A stretch of 15,961 nt of DNA from Myxococcales bacterium. Its GTDB lineage: Bacteria > Myxococcota > Myxococcia > Myxococcales > Anaeromyxobacteraceae. Each line of letters starts with the position of its first letter. Position 1 is the first letter of the stretch. A program made the translations under genes and the position numbers. Shown one piece after another: positions 8,706-15,961 of the stretch. The notes below the pieces were generated by a model. It had not been told where the DNA came from. It searched no databases and saw only the letters and a program-made list of their open reading frames with translations. Where the stretch lies: contig JBBQEB010000084.1 of NCBI GenBank assembly GCA_038320275.1, positions 1 to 15,961 on the forward strand, written 5' to 3'.

Positions 8706-8742
8706 AGCTTTTCGCCCGCACGGCACCAGGAGAACACCGAAG

Positions 8743-9132
8743 ATGGCTCGTATCGCCGGCGTCGACCTTCCCCGCGAGAAGCGCATCGAGATCTCGCTCC
8801 AGTACATCTACGGAATCGGAAAGACCACCGCGCGCAGGATCTGTGAGAGGTCCGAGGTGGGTCTGACCACGCGCACGAAGGACCTCACCGACGACGAGGT
8901 TCGCCGGCTGCGCGAGACGATCGAGCAGAACGTCAAGGTGGAGGGCGACCTCCGCCGCGAGCTGTCGATGAACATCAAGCGGCTGATGGACCTGGGCTGC
9001 TACCGCGGCCTCCGCCACCGCAAGGGCCTGCCGGTCCGCGGCCAGCGCACGCATACGAACGCGCGCACGCGCAAGGGGCCGAAGCGCGGCCTCATCCGCA
9101 AGCCGGCCGCCTCCGCGCCCGCGCCCAAGTAG
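8743..9132 (+). CDS. rpsM: 30S ribosomal protein S13 (uS13), 129 aa
   Basis: [10 protein letters not shown]...YIYGIG...VEGDLRRE...[26 protein letters not shown]. Confidence 0.99.
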   Translation: MARIAGVDLPREKRIEISLQYIYGIGKTTARRICERSEVGLTTRTKDLTDDEVRRLRETIEQNVKVEGDLRRELSMNIKRLMDLGCYRGLRHRKGLPVRGQRTHTNARTRKGPKRGLIRKPAASAPAPK

Positions 9133-9159
9133 TCCCACGAACCTTTCACGGAGAGTCGA

Positions 9160-9666
9160 GTGGCCGACGAGAAGCAGACCGAGAAGCCCGCCAAGAAGCC
9201 GGAGGGCCCGCCCAAGGCCGAGGAGGCCGCGGCGCCGAGCGTCCCCAACCTGGGCGGCATCGAGCCCATCACCGCCTCGCCCGTCACGCCCAAGAAGGGC
9301 AAGAAGCGGGTGAAGAAGAACATCGCCGCGGGCATCGTCCACATCGCTGCCACCTTCAACAACACGATGATCACGATCGCGGACGTCGCGGGAAACGTGA
9401 TCAGCTGGTCGTCGGCGGGCGCCCGTGGCTTCAAGGGCTCGCGCAAGTCGACCCCGTTCGCGGCTCAGGTGGCCGCGGGCGACGCCGCCGCCAAGGCGAT
9501 GGAGCACGGCCTCAAGAGCGTCACGGTCCAGGTCAGCGGACCCGGCGCGGGCCGGGAGTCTGCCCTGCGCGCCCTCTCGGCGGCAGGCCTCAAGATCTCC
9601 CTCATCCGCGACGTGACCCCCATTCCTCACAACGGCTGCCGGGCGCCCAAGCGCCGCCGCGTCTGA
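9160..9666 (+). CDS. rpsK: 30S ribosomal protein S11 (uS11), 168 aa with N-terminal extension
   Basis: [13 protein letters not shown]...[14 protein letters not shown]...GPGAGRESA...[14 protein letters not shown] start with GGAGAG SD. Confidence 0.97.
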   Translation: MADEKQTEKPAKKPEGPPKAEEAAAPSVPNLGGIEPITASPVTPKKGKKRVKKNIAAGIVHIAATFNNTMITIADVAGNVISWSSAGARGFKGSRKSTPFAAQVAAGDAAAKAMEHGLKSVTVQVSGPGAGRESALRALSAAGLKISLIRDVTPIPHNGCRAPKRRRV

Positions 9667-9682
9667 TCCGGGAGAACACCAC

Positions 9683-10309
9683 GTGGCTCGTTACACCGAT
9701 AGCGTCTGCCGGCTCTGCCGCCGCGAAAATCTGAAGATGTACCTCAAGGGCGATCGCTGCTACACGGACAAGTGCGCCATCGAGCGCCGCCCGTATCCCC
9801 CCGGCCAGCACGGGCAGGGGCGCGTCAAGTTCTCCGAGTACGGCGTCCAGCTCCGCGAGAAGCAGAAGGTGAAGCGGATGTACGGCATGCTGGAGGCCGA
9901 CTTCCGGCACGCCTACGCCAACGCCGCGGCGGCGAAGGGCAAGACCGGTGAGAACCTGCTGCAGACGCTGGAGCTCAGGCTCGACAACGTCGTGTTCCGG
10001 CTCGGGTTCGCCGACACACGCAACGAGGGGCGCCAGCTCGTGCGCCATGGCCACTTCCGCGTGAACGGCCGCAAGGTGAACGTGCCGTCGTTCCGCGCCA
10101 AGGCGGGCGACGTCATCGAGCTGCGCGATCGCTCGAAGAAGGTGGTCCGCATCAACGAGGCGCTCGAGACGGTCGACCGCCGCGGCGTGCCCGCGTGGCT
10201 CGACCTCGACAAGGGCGGCTTCAAGGGGACCGTGAAGACCTCGCCGGCGCGCGAGGACATCACGATGCCGATCCAGGAGCAGCTCATCGTCGAGCTGTAC
10301 TCCAAGTAA
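9683..10309 (+). CDS. rpsD: 30S ribosomal protein S4 (uS4), zinc-binding type, 208 aa
   Basis: ARY...CRLCRRE..LYLKGDRC..DKC...PPGQHG...[12 protein letters not shown]...[13 protein letters not shown]...[10 protein letters not shown]. Confidence 0.99.
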   Translation: MARYTDSVCRLCRRENLKMYLKGDRCYTDKCAIERRPYPPGQHGQGRVKFSEYGVQLREKQKVKRMYGMLEADFRHAYANAAAAKGKTGENLLQTLELRLDNVVFRLGFADTRNEGRQLVRHGHFRVNGRKVNVPSFRAKAGDVIELRDRSKKVVRINEALETVDRRGVPAWLDLDKGGFKGTVKTSPAREDITMPIQEQLIVELYSK

Positions 10310-10328
10310 TCCGGGCGATCGCCCGGAT
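10309..10328. repeat. Perfect 20-bp palindrome at the start of the rpsD-rpoA spacer
   Basis: ATCCGGGCGATCGCCCGGAT is its own reverse complement. Confidence 0.9.
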
Positions 10329-10420
10329 CCCACCACGACGTTCGAAGGCGGTGCGCCCCACGGCGCCCCACTCCGCTGGGCTGGCGGAGAGGGGAGGGGG
10401 CGGCTGCCGAGGAGAAGCCC

Positions 10421-11437
10421 ATGGCGGATGCCATCGTCACGAAGAACTGGCGCGATCTCATCAAGCCTCGCGGCCTCCAGGTCGATGGGGAGAGCCTCAC
10501 CAGCACGTACGGCAAGTTCGTCGCGGAGCCGCTGGAGCGGGGCTTCGGCATCACCCTCGGCAACTCGCTGCGGCGGGTGCTGCTGTCGAGCCTGCAGGGC
10601 GCGGCCATCACCTCGCTGAAGGTCGAGGGCGTGGAGCACGAGTTCATGACCATCCCCGATGTCGCGGAGGACGTCACCGACGTCATCCTCAACCTCAAGG
10701 AAGTCCTGCTCCAGATCCACACCAACGACGTGAAGACGATCCGCATCGACGCGGAGGGACCGAAGGAGGTCAAGGCCGGCGACATCGTCACCGACGGCCA
10801 GGTCGAGATCCTGAATCCCGGCCACCACGTCCTCACCGTGAGTGACGGTGGTCGGGTGCGGATGGAGCTCACCGCCCGCCGTGGGCGAGGCTACGTTCCT
10901 GCCGAGCGCAACAAGGTGGCGGGCCAGCCCATCGGGACCATCCCCATCGACGCCCTCTTCAGCCCCATCCGGAAGGTGAACTACCAGGTCACCAACGCCC
11001 GAGTTGGGCAGCAGACCGATTACGACCGGCTCACCCTGGAGGTGTGGACGGACGGCTCGGTGCAGCCGGCGGACGCGGTGGCCTACGCGGCCAAGATCGT
11101 GAAGGAGCAGCTCTCCATCTTCATCAACTTCGACGAGACGGAGGAGCCGAGCTCCGAGCCGGTCGCCATCGAGGAGACGAAGCTCAACGAGAACCTGTTC
11201 CGCTCCGTGGACGAGCTGGAGCTCTCCGTCCGCAGCGCGAATTGCCTGCAGAACGCCAACATCAAGAGCATCGGCGACCTGGTCCAGAAGACCGAGGCGG
11301 AGATGCTGAAGACCAAGAACTTCGGCCGAAAGTCGCTGAAGGAGATCAAGGAGATCCTTTCGGAGATGGGCCTGTCGCTCGGTATGAAGCTCGAGAACTG
11401 GCCGCCCAAGAACGCTCCAGCGGCCCCCAAGGTCTAG
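10421..11437 (+). CDS. rpoA: DNA-directed RNA polymerase subunit alpha, 338 aa
   Basis: [22 protein letters not shown]...GRGYVPA...IDALFSPI...[12 protein letters not shown]...[11 protein letters not shown]. Confidence 0.99.
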   Translation: MADAIVTKNWRDLIKPRGLQVDGESLTSTYGKFVAEPLERGFGITLGNSLRRVLLSSLQGAAITSLKVEGVEHEFMTIPDVAEDVTDVILNLKEVLLQIHTNDVKTIRIDAEGPKEVKAGDIVTDGQVEILNPGHHVLTVSDGGRVRMELTARRGRGYVPAERNKVAGQPIGTIPIDALFSPIRKVNYQVTNARVGQQTDYDRLTLEVWTDGSVQPADAVAYAAKIVKEQLSIFINFDETEEPSSEPVAIEETKLNENLFRSVDELELSVRSANCLQNANIKSIGDLVQKTEAEMLKTKNFGRKSLKEIKEILSEMGLSLGMKLENWPPKNAPAAPKV

Positions 11438-11465
11438 CGCCCTTCGCGCGCGAGGAGAACTCACC

Positions 11466-11861
11466 ATGAAGCACCGCGTCGTAGGCCGCCGGCTCGACCG
11501 CACCACCGAGCACCGCACGGCGATGTTCCGCAACCTCGTCACCTCGCTCTTCCGTCATGAGCGCATCGTCACGACGACTCCCAAGGCGAAGGAGATCAAG
11601 CGCTTCGCCGACAAGTTCATCACCCTCGCCAAGGCGGGCACGCAGCACGCCCGCCGCCAGGCGAACCGCGACGTCCGCGACGTCGAGGTGCTCAACAAGC
11701 TTTTCAGCACGCTGGGACCCCGCTTCAAGGAGCGCGCGGGCGGCTACACCCGCATCGTGCGCGTGGGGCGCCGCGCGGGCGACGCCGCCGACATGGCGAT
11801 GATCGAGCTCGTCGACCGCGCTCCGCCTGCGACCGCGGGCGAGAAGCCCGCCGAAAAGTAG
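11466..11861 (+). CDS. rplQ: 50S ribosomal protein L17 (bL17), 131 aa
   Basis: MKHR...[31 protein letters not shown]...GGYTRI...RAGDAA.MAMIELV. Confidence 0.99.
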   Translation: MKHRVVGRRLDRTTEHRTAMFRNLVTSLFRHERIVTTTPKAKEIKRFADKFITLAKAGTQHARRQANRDVRDVEVLNKLFSTLGPRFKERAGGYTRIVRVGRRAGDAADMAMIELVDRAPPATAGEKPAEK

Positions 11862-12045
11862 GGTCTACTCCCTCGTACGAAGCGGCAGCTTATCTGCGAC
11901 TGCGCCATGCCTTCGAGCGCCGCTGCGGCCCCGTCCGCCGGCGCTGCCGGGCCCAGCGCCATGCCCACCTCCCGGCGCGCCGTACCCGGGATAGGCAGTA
12001 CAGACGGCGTGGGTAGGGCGCTGCTACAAGTGCCGATGGCCTTCC

Positions 12046-12672
12046 ATGCCGCCGCGCTTTTACGCCCATGACCCATTCCTGGCGCTCCACCGCGCGCTCC
12101 AGCACCCATGGCTCGACGGGCCTGCCGCGGCGCTGTCGAGGCTCTGCGAAGGATGGGCGCTCGCAGTGGTGGGCGCGATCGTGTGCGCGGCCATCGAGCG
12201 CGATCGCCGCCGCGTCGTGGCGGCCTACCTCCCGCTCGGGCTCGCGCTGCTGGTGAGCGGCGTCGCTGCGCAGCAACTGAAGGATCTCTTCGCCACCCCA
12301 CGGCCCCTTTCGGTGTACGGCCTCGGCGGCGTGCACGTGCTCCTCGAGCCGCTATTTCGCTCCGGATTTCCCAGCGGCCACTCCGCCTCGGTCGCCACCT
12401 TCTCGACGTATCTCGGGTGCCTGTATCGCAGATGGGCGGTCTGGTTCGGCCTTCTCGGCTTGCTGGGCGGGCTGTCGCGGGTCTACGTGGGCGCACACTG
12501 GGTGACGGATGTGCTGGGGGGATGGGCGCTCGGCGCGCTCTTCGGCGTTGCCGCGTTCGCCATCGCCGCCGCTGGCTGGCCCGCGAGCCCGGCCGGGGCG
12601 GCGCGCCGGGGGAGGAGGTCCGGCACCCCTTCAGGCGAGGCGCGCAGGCCCGCAAGGCTCCGCAGTCCTTGA
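12046..12672 (+). CDS. PAP2 (type 2 phosphatidic acid phosphatase) family membrane phosphatase, ~208 aa; start uncertain
   Basis: All three catalytic motifs present: C1 KDLFATPRP (K-x6-RP), C2 FPSGH, C3 SRVYVGAHWVTD; several hydrophobic segments; no clear SD. Confidence 0.9.
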   Translation: MPPRFYAHDPFLALHRALQHPWLDGPAAALSRLCEGWALAVVGAIVCAAIERDRRRVVAAYLPLGLALLVSGVAAQQLKDLFATPRPLSVYGLGGVHVLLEPLFRSGFPSGHSASVATFSTYLGCLYRRWAVWFGLLGLLGGLSRVYVGAHWVTDVLGGWALGALFGVAAFAIAAAGWPASPAGAARRGRRSGTPSGEARRPARLRSP

Positions 12673-12697
12673 CTTGCAGGGCAGGGGCCCGTAAGAG
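12669..12697 (+). promoter_or_regulatory. Putative sigma70 promoter of the rpsP operon
   Basis: -35 TTGACT (12669-12674, overlapping the PAP2 stop codon), 17-nt spacer, weak -10 TAAGAG (12692-12697). Confidence 0.55.
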
Positions 12698-12787
12698 AAG
12701 GCACCTTTTTCGACCCGGCGTAGAGGGAGAGGCGGCCGATGCGCCGACCTCGCGCACGGCGTCCCCGCCGACCCCAGGAGGCAGCAC

Positions 12788-13063
12788 ATGGCAGTGGTTC
12801 TGCGGCTCAGCCGAGCCGGCACGCACAAGGCGCCTTTTTACCATATCGTCGCCACCGACTCGCGCAGCCCGCGCGACGGCAAGTACCTCGAGGACGTGGG
12901 GCTGTACGACCCGACGCGGCGGCCCGAGCGCATCGAGCTCAAGGCCGAGCGGGTGGAGCACTGGATCTCGGTGGGCGCCCGCCCCAGCCAGACGGTGGCC
13001 GCGGTGATCAAGCGGGCGAAGAAGCTCGTCCCCGCCGCCCCCGAGGCGAAGGCCGCGAAGTAG
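12788..13063 (+). CDS. rpsP: 30S ribosomal protein S16 (bS16), 91 aa
   Basis: MAVVLRLSRAG...PFYHIVATDSRSPRDGKYLEDVGLYDP...HWISVGARPSQTV; AGGAGG SD. Confidence 0.98.
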   Translation: MAVVLRLSRAGTHKAPFYHIVATDSRSPRDGKYLEDVGLYDPTRRPERIELKAERVEHWISVGARPSQTVAAVIKRAKKLVPAAPEAKAAK

Positions 13064-13074
13064 CGGAGGCGCCC

Positions 13075-13305
13075 ATGCAAGAGCTCGTGGCCTGGCTCGC
13101 CCAGCAGCTCGTCGAGGACAAGGGCGCGGTGCGGGTGGATGCCACCGAGCGCGATCGGACCACGGTCCTCGAGCTGACCGTTGCCGAGGACGAGATGGGG
13201 CGGATCATCGGGCGCGGAGGTCGCACCGCCAAGGCGCTCCGGACCATCATCGACGTCGCGGCGCGCCAGCAAGGGCGGCGGGCGATCCTCGACATCCTCG
13301 ACTGA
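13075..13305 (+). CDS. khpA: KH-domain RNA-binding protein (KhpA/YlqC family), 76 aa
   Basis: MQELVAWLAQQLVE...LELTVAEDEMGRIIGRGGRTAKALRTII (GxxG KH loop); conserved position between rpsP and rimM; GGAGG SD. Confidence 0.93.
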   Translation: MQELVAWLAQQLVEDKGAVRVDATERDRTTVLELTVAEDEMGRIIGRGGRTAKALRTIIDVAARQQGRRAILDILD

Positions 13306-13306
13306 C

Positions 13307-13846
13307 GTGGACCTCGTCGCGATCGGGAAGGTCGTCCGTGCCATCGGGCTCGGAGGATGGATCGGGGTGGCGGGGAGCGACGGCACCCTGGCGAAGCTTT
13401 CGCGCGTGGCGCTCCGGCGCGAACCGGGACAGCCCGCGATGTGGCCGATCCGGGAGGCGCGGCCGCAGGGCAAGCTCTGGGCGGTGCGGCTCGACGGGGT
13501 GGCCGACCGGCTCGCAGCGGAGGCGCTGGTGGGGTGCGAGGTGCTCGCCGAGCGCGGCGAGATCGGGGTGGCCGGGAAGGACCAGCACTTCTGGTCCGAC
13601 CTGAAGGGTCTGCCGGTCTCGACGACGGGCGGCGTGGTGGTGGGGCGCGTGACGGGGCTTTACCAGACGGGCGCGGTGGATGTGCTGGCGGTGACTCGGC
13701 CGGGAGGCGGGGAGGTGCTGATACCGCTCGCCCCGTACGTGGAGGTGGACGTCGAAGGGGGACGGGTGGTGATCGATCCGCCCGACGGGCTCCTGGAACT
13801 GGGGGGACCGGAGAAGGCGGGAGGGGATCCGGAGCGAGGCAGCTGA
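13307..13846 (+). CDS. rimM: 16S rRNA processing protein RimM, ~179 aa (GTG start inferred)
   Basis: [15 protein letters not shown]...[13 protein letters not shown]...HFWSDLKG...GRV...QTGAVDVL...EVLIP...[17 protein letters not shown]; synteny. Confidence 0.92.
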   Translation: MDLVAIGKVVRAIGLGGWIGVAGSDGTLAKLSRVALRREPGQPAMWPIREARPQGKLWAVRLDGVADRLAAEALVGCEVLAERGEIGVAGKDQHFWSDLKGLPVSTTGGVVVGRVTGLYQTGAVDVLAVTRPGGGEVLIPLAPYVEVDVEGGRVVIDPPDGLLELGGPEKAGGDPERGS

Positions 13847-13847
13847 C

Positions 13848-14591
13848 GTGGCGAAGCTCGAGGCGGAGATCCTGACGCTGTTTCCGCGCACCTGCGAGGG
13901 CTATCTCGGGGAGAGCATCCTCGGCAGGGCACGGGAGAGCGGGCGGGTCGTCGTCACGGTGGTCGACGTGCGGGAGTACGCGGACGGCCGCCACCGCGTG
14001 ACCGACGACGCGCCCTACGGGGGCGGTGCCGGCATGGTGATGAAGCCGGAACCGCTGACGAGGGCGGTCGAGGCGGCGCGGGAGAGGCTTCCTGGCGCCC
14101 GAGTGGTGCTGACGAGCCCTCGCGGCGCTCGCCTGGAGCAGGGGACGGTGGAGCGGCTGGCGCGCGCGGGAAGGCTCGTGCTGGTGTGCGGGAGGTACGA
14201 AGGGATCGACGAGCGGGTCAGGGCGGTGGTGGACGAAGAGGTCTCCCTGGGAGACTTCGTGCTCACGGGCGGTGAGCTGGCGGCGCTCGCCATCATCGAC
14301 GCCGCGGCGAGGTGCATTCCGGGGGTGCTCGGAAACGAGAGCTCCGCTGGAAACGAGAGTCATGCGGGCGAGGGCGGGCTGCTGGAGCACCCGCACTTCA
14401 CCCGGCCTCCGGTGTTCCGGGGGATGCAGGTGCCGGAGGTCCTCCTCTCGGGAGACCACCGGAAGATCGAGAGGTGGCGGCGGCGCGAGTCGCTGCGCGC
14501 CACCCGAGATCGGCGTCCGGACCTCTTCGGGAGGCTGGCGCTGACGGACGATGACCGGCGGCTCCTGGAAGCCGACGACGACGCGCTGTGA
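13848..14591 (+). CDS. trmD: tRNA (guanine-N1)-methyltransferase TrmD, 247 aa
   Basis: [68 protein letters not shown]. Confidence 0.98.
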   Translation: MAKLEAEILTLFPRTCEGYLGESILGRARESGRVVVTVVDVREYADGRHRVTDDAPYGGGAGMVMKPEPLTRAVEAARERLPGARVVLTSPRGARLEQGTVERLARAGRLVLVCGRYEGIDERVRAVVDEEVSLGDFVLTGGELAALAIIDAAARCIPGVLGNESSAGNESHAGEGGLLEHPHFTRPPVFRGMQVPEVLLSGDHRKIERWRRRESLRATRDRRPDLFGRLALTDDDRRLLEADDDAL

Positions 14592-14601
14592 AGGAGAAGA
14601 C

Positions 14602-15054
14602 ATGCTGCGCAAGGCGATCAGCGACATCGAGGCGAAGTACCTGCGGAAGGACGTGCCCGTGTTCCGCTCGGGCGACACCGTCCGCGTTCACACGAAGATC
14701 AAGGAAGGCGACAAGGAGCGCGTCCAGATCTTCGAAGGCGTCGTCATCCGGCACCGCAAGGGCGCCGCGCGCGCCATGTTCACGGTGCGCAAGGTGAGCT
14801 ACGGCGTCGGGGTGGAGCGCATGTTCCCCGTCCACAGCCCGCGCATCGATCGCATCGAGGTGATGGGCCGGGGCGAGGTGCGCCGGGCCCGCCTGTACTA
14901 TCTGCGCGATCTCGTCGGCAAGGCGGCCCGCCTCACGCAGCAGGAGGGTGGTGAAGCTGCCGGAGCGGCTGCCAACGCTGCGGCCGCGGCTGCCGGCGCT
15001 GCGGCGAAAGCCGCGGCGGCCGCCGCCGCGGTCCCAGCCTCCCCGCAGGCCTGA
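14602..15054 (+). CDS. rplS: 50S ribosomal protein L19 (bL19), 150 aa with Ala-rich tail
   Basis: [28 protein letters not shown]...[17 protein letters not shown]...[20 protein letters not shown]. Confidence 0.98.
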   Translation: MLRKAISDIEAKYLRKDVPVFRSGDTVRVHTKIKEGDKERVQIFEGVVIRHRKGAARAMFTVRKVSYGVGVERMFPVHSPRIDRIEVMGRGEVRRARLYYLRDLVGKAARLTQQEGGEAAGAAANAAAAAAGAAAKAAAAAAAVPASPQA

Positions 15055-15077
15055 GGGCGGGAGAGGACGGAGCGCCG

Positions 15078-15961
15078 GTGCTCCTCCTGGAAGTCGCTGC
15101 CCAGGGCGTCGATGGCCTGGCACTGCCGGGCGGGAGCACCCGCCTGCACCCGGGCTACAACGCGCTCGCCGTGGACGGGCCGGCTCTGCGCCGGATCCTC
15201 GAGGCGCTCCTGTATCCCCTGGACTCTCCGGCGCTGCCCGTCGCGCCGGGGCGTGCGCCGCCGAGCGTGGGCCTCACGTTCATCGGGGGCGATGGCGCCG
15301 CGTATCGCACCGTGCGCGAGCTTCCCGGCCCGGCGCGGCTCCACCGCTTCGACCCCGGGCGGCGCACCTTCGTTCCGCTGTCCGGGGACCTCGCCGACAT
15401 CGCGGTGCGGCTCGAGGCGCTGGGCGTGCCCCCCCGCTCGTCGCTGGCGAGCCTCACGGTGGATGCGGCCGGGCTCCCCACACGGCGCGCGTCGCCGCTG
15501 CCGCCGCCCCCGCCGCGGGGGCTCGAACGCGCGCCGCAGGCTGTCGGGGCCCGGGCGGCCGAGCTGCGGGCCGAGCTGACGCGCTCTCGCGAGGGCGAGG
15601 CGCTGCAGGGACGGGCCGACGAGCTTCACGTCGAGCTGGCGCGGCTGGACGCTTCGGCGCGGCGCGCGCAGGGGCTCAGGGAAGGGCTCGCCACGGCGGA
15701 GGCGGCGCTGGGCGAGCTCGCCAGCCTCGAACCGGCGGCGGCGAGGCTCGGCAATTCCGCGGCGGCGCTCGACGCCTACGCGGCGTCGGCGGCGCGCAGG
15801 GACGACGACCTCGCCGCGATGCCCGCAGGGGAGGGGCTCGCCTCTCGCGATGGGCTGCCGCTCGCGCCCTGGAGAGACCGCCGGTTCCTGGTGGGGGTGG
15901 CGGCGGGCGCTGGCGCCATCCTGCTGGGAGGCGTCGGGGGTGCGCTCGGCGCCACCGGGCT
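15078..15961 (+). CDS. Hypothetical protein, 3'-truncated (>294 aa): degenerate SMC/Rad50-like N-terminal domain, coiled coil and predicted TM segment
   Basis: Not in the ORF track because no stop falls in the window. GGAG at 15069-15072, GTG 15078, frame open to the window end: MLLLEVAAQGVDG...RLHPGYNALAV...GLTFIGGDGAAYRTVREL...RAAELRAELTRSRE...PWRDRRFLVGVAAGAGAILLGGVGGALG. The ORF is well supported; the family call is inference. Confidence 0.75.
   Translation, partial: MLLLEVAAQGVDGLALPGGSTRLHPGYNALAVDGPALRRILEALLYPLDSPALPVAPGRAPPSVGLTFIGGDGAAYRTVRELPGPARLHRFDPGRRTFVPLSGDLADIAVRLEALGVPPRSSLASLTVDAAGLPTRRASPLPPPPPRGLERAPQAVGARAAELRAELTRSREGEALQGRADELHVELARLDASARRAQGLREGLATAEAALGELASLEPAAARLGNSAAALDAYAASAARRDDDLAAMPAGEGLASRDGLPLAPWRDRRFLVGVAAGAGAILLGGVGGALGATG

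Noticed and set aside
2454..10309. Zinc-binding versions of S14, L36, S4 and the Adk lid
   Set aside because: These are the standard C+ forms expected in core operons of this group; not novel.
12001..12030. Possible PAP2 promoter (TG-C-TACAAG at 12022-12030)
   Set aside because: No convincing -35 and a weak -10; not supportable.
11862..12045. Terminator or L17-downstream RNA element after rplQ
   Set aside because: Only short GC-rich pairings without a U-tract; cannot be told from chance without a covariance search.
13307..14591. G-rich, less biased codon usage in rimM-trmD suggesting foreign origin
   Set aside because: Explained by lower expression of these genes in their canonical operon position; no mobility signatures.
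1115..14678. Very long minus-strand ORFs (e.g. 1115-2806, 5109-7181, 9602-11542, 13008-14678)
   Set aside because: Antisense shadows of GC3-rich conserved genes; no recognisable motifs and full overlap with essential genes.
299..15579. Alternative-frame plus-strand ORFs and upstream-extended starts in the track (e.g. 299-634, 3622-4776, 6047-6940, 15112-15579)
   Set aside because: Arg/Pro/Gly-rich off-frame translations expected at high GC; true starts were reassigned by SD and family N-termini.

Overview
GC-rich bacterial core-genome window, with every supportable gene on the + strand. Protein sequences and gene order suggest a Myxococcota/Anaeromyxobacter-like deltaproteobacterium (inference). 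It holds the distal S10 cluster (3' end of rpsC, rplP, rpmC, rpsQ), the spc cluster (rplN, rplX, rplE, rpsN, rpsH, rplF, rplR, rpsE, rpmD, rplO, secY), adk and map, then the alpha cluster behind its own sigma70 promoter (rpmJ, rpsM, rpsK, rpsD, rpoA, rplQ). A PAP2 phosphatase gene, the rpsP-khpA-rimM-trmD-rplS operon and a 3'-truncated ORF missing from the supplied track follow. I see no mobile elements, CRISPR arrays, tRNA or rRNA. Main oddities: (1) rpsC has no stop codon and reads in frame into rplP; (2) a ~150-nt structured leader before rpmJ has anti-SD and terminator-like alternative folds; (3) the last ORF resembles an SMC/Rad50-like head lacking Walker A, followed by a coiled coil and a membrane segment; (4) many ribosomal proteins carry long low-complexity extensions; (5) TAG is the commonest stop codon.
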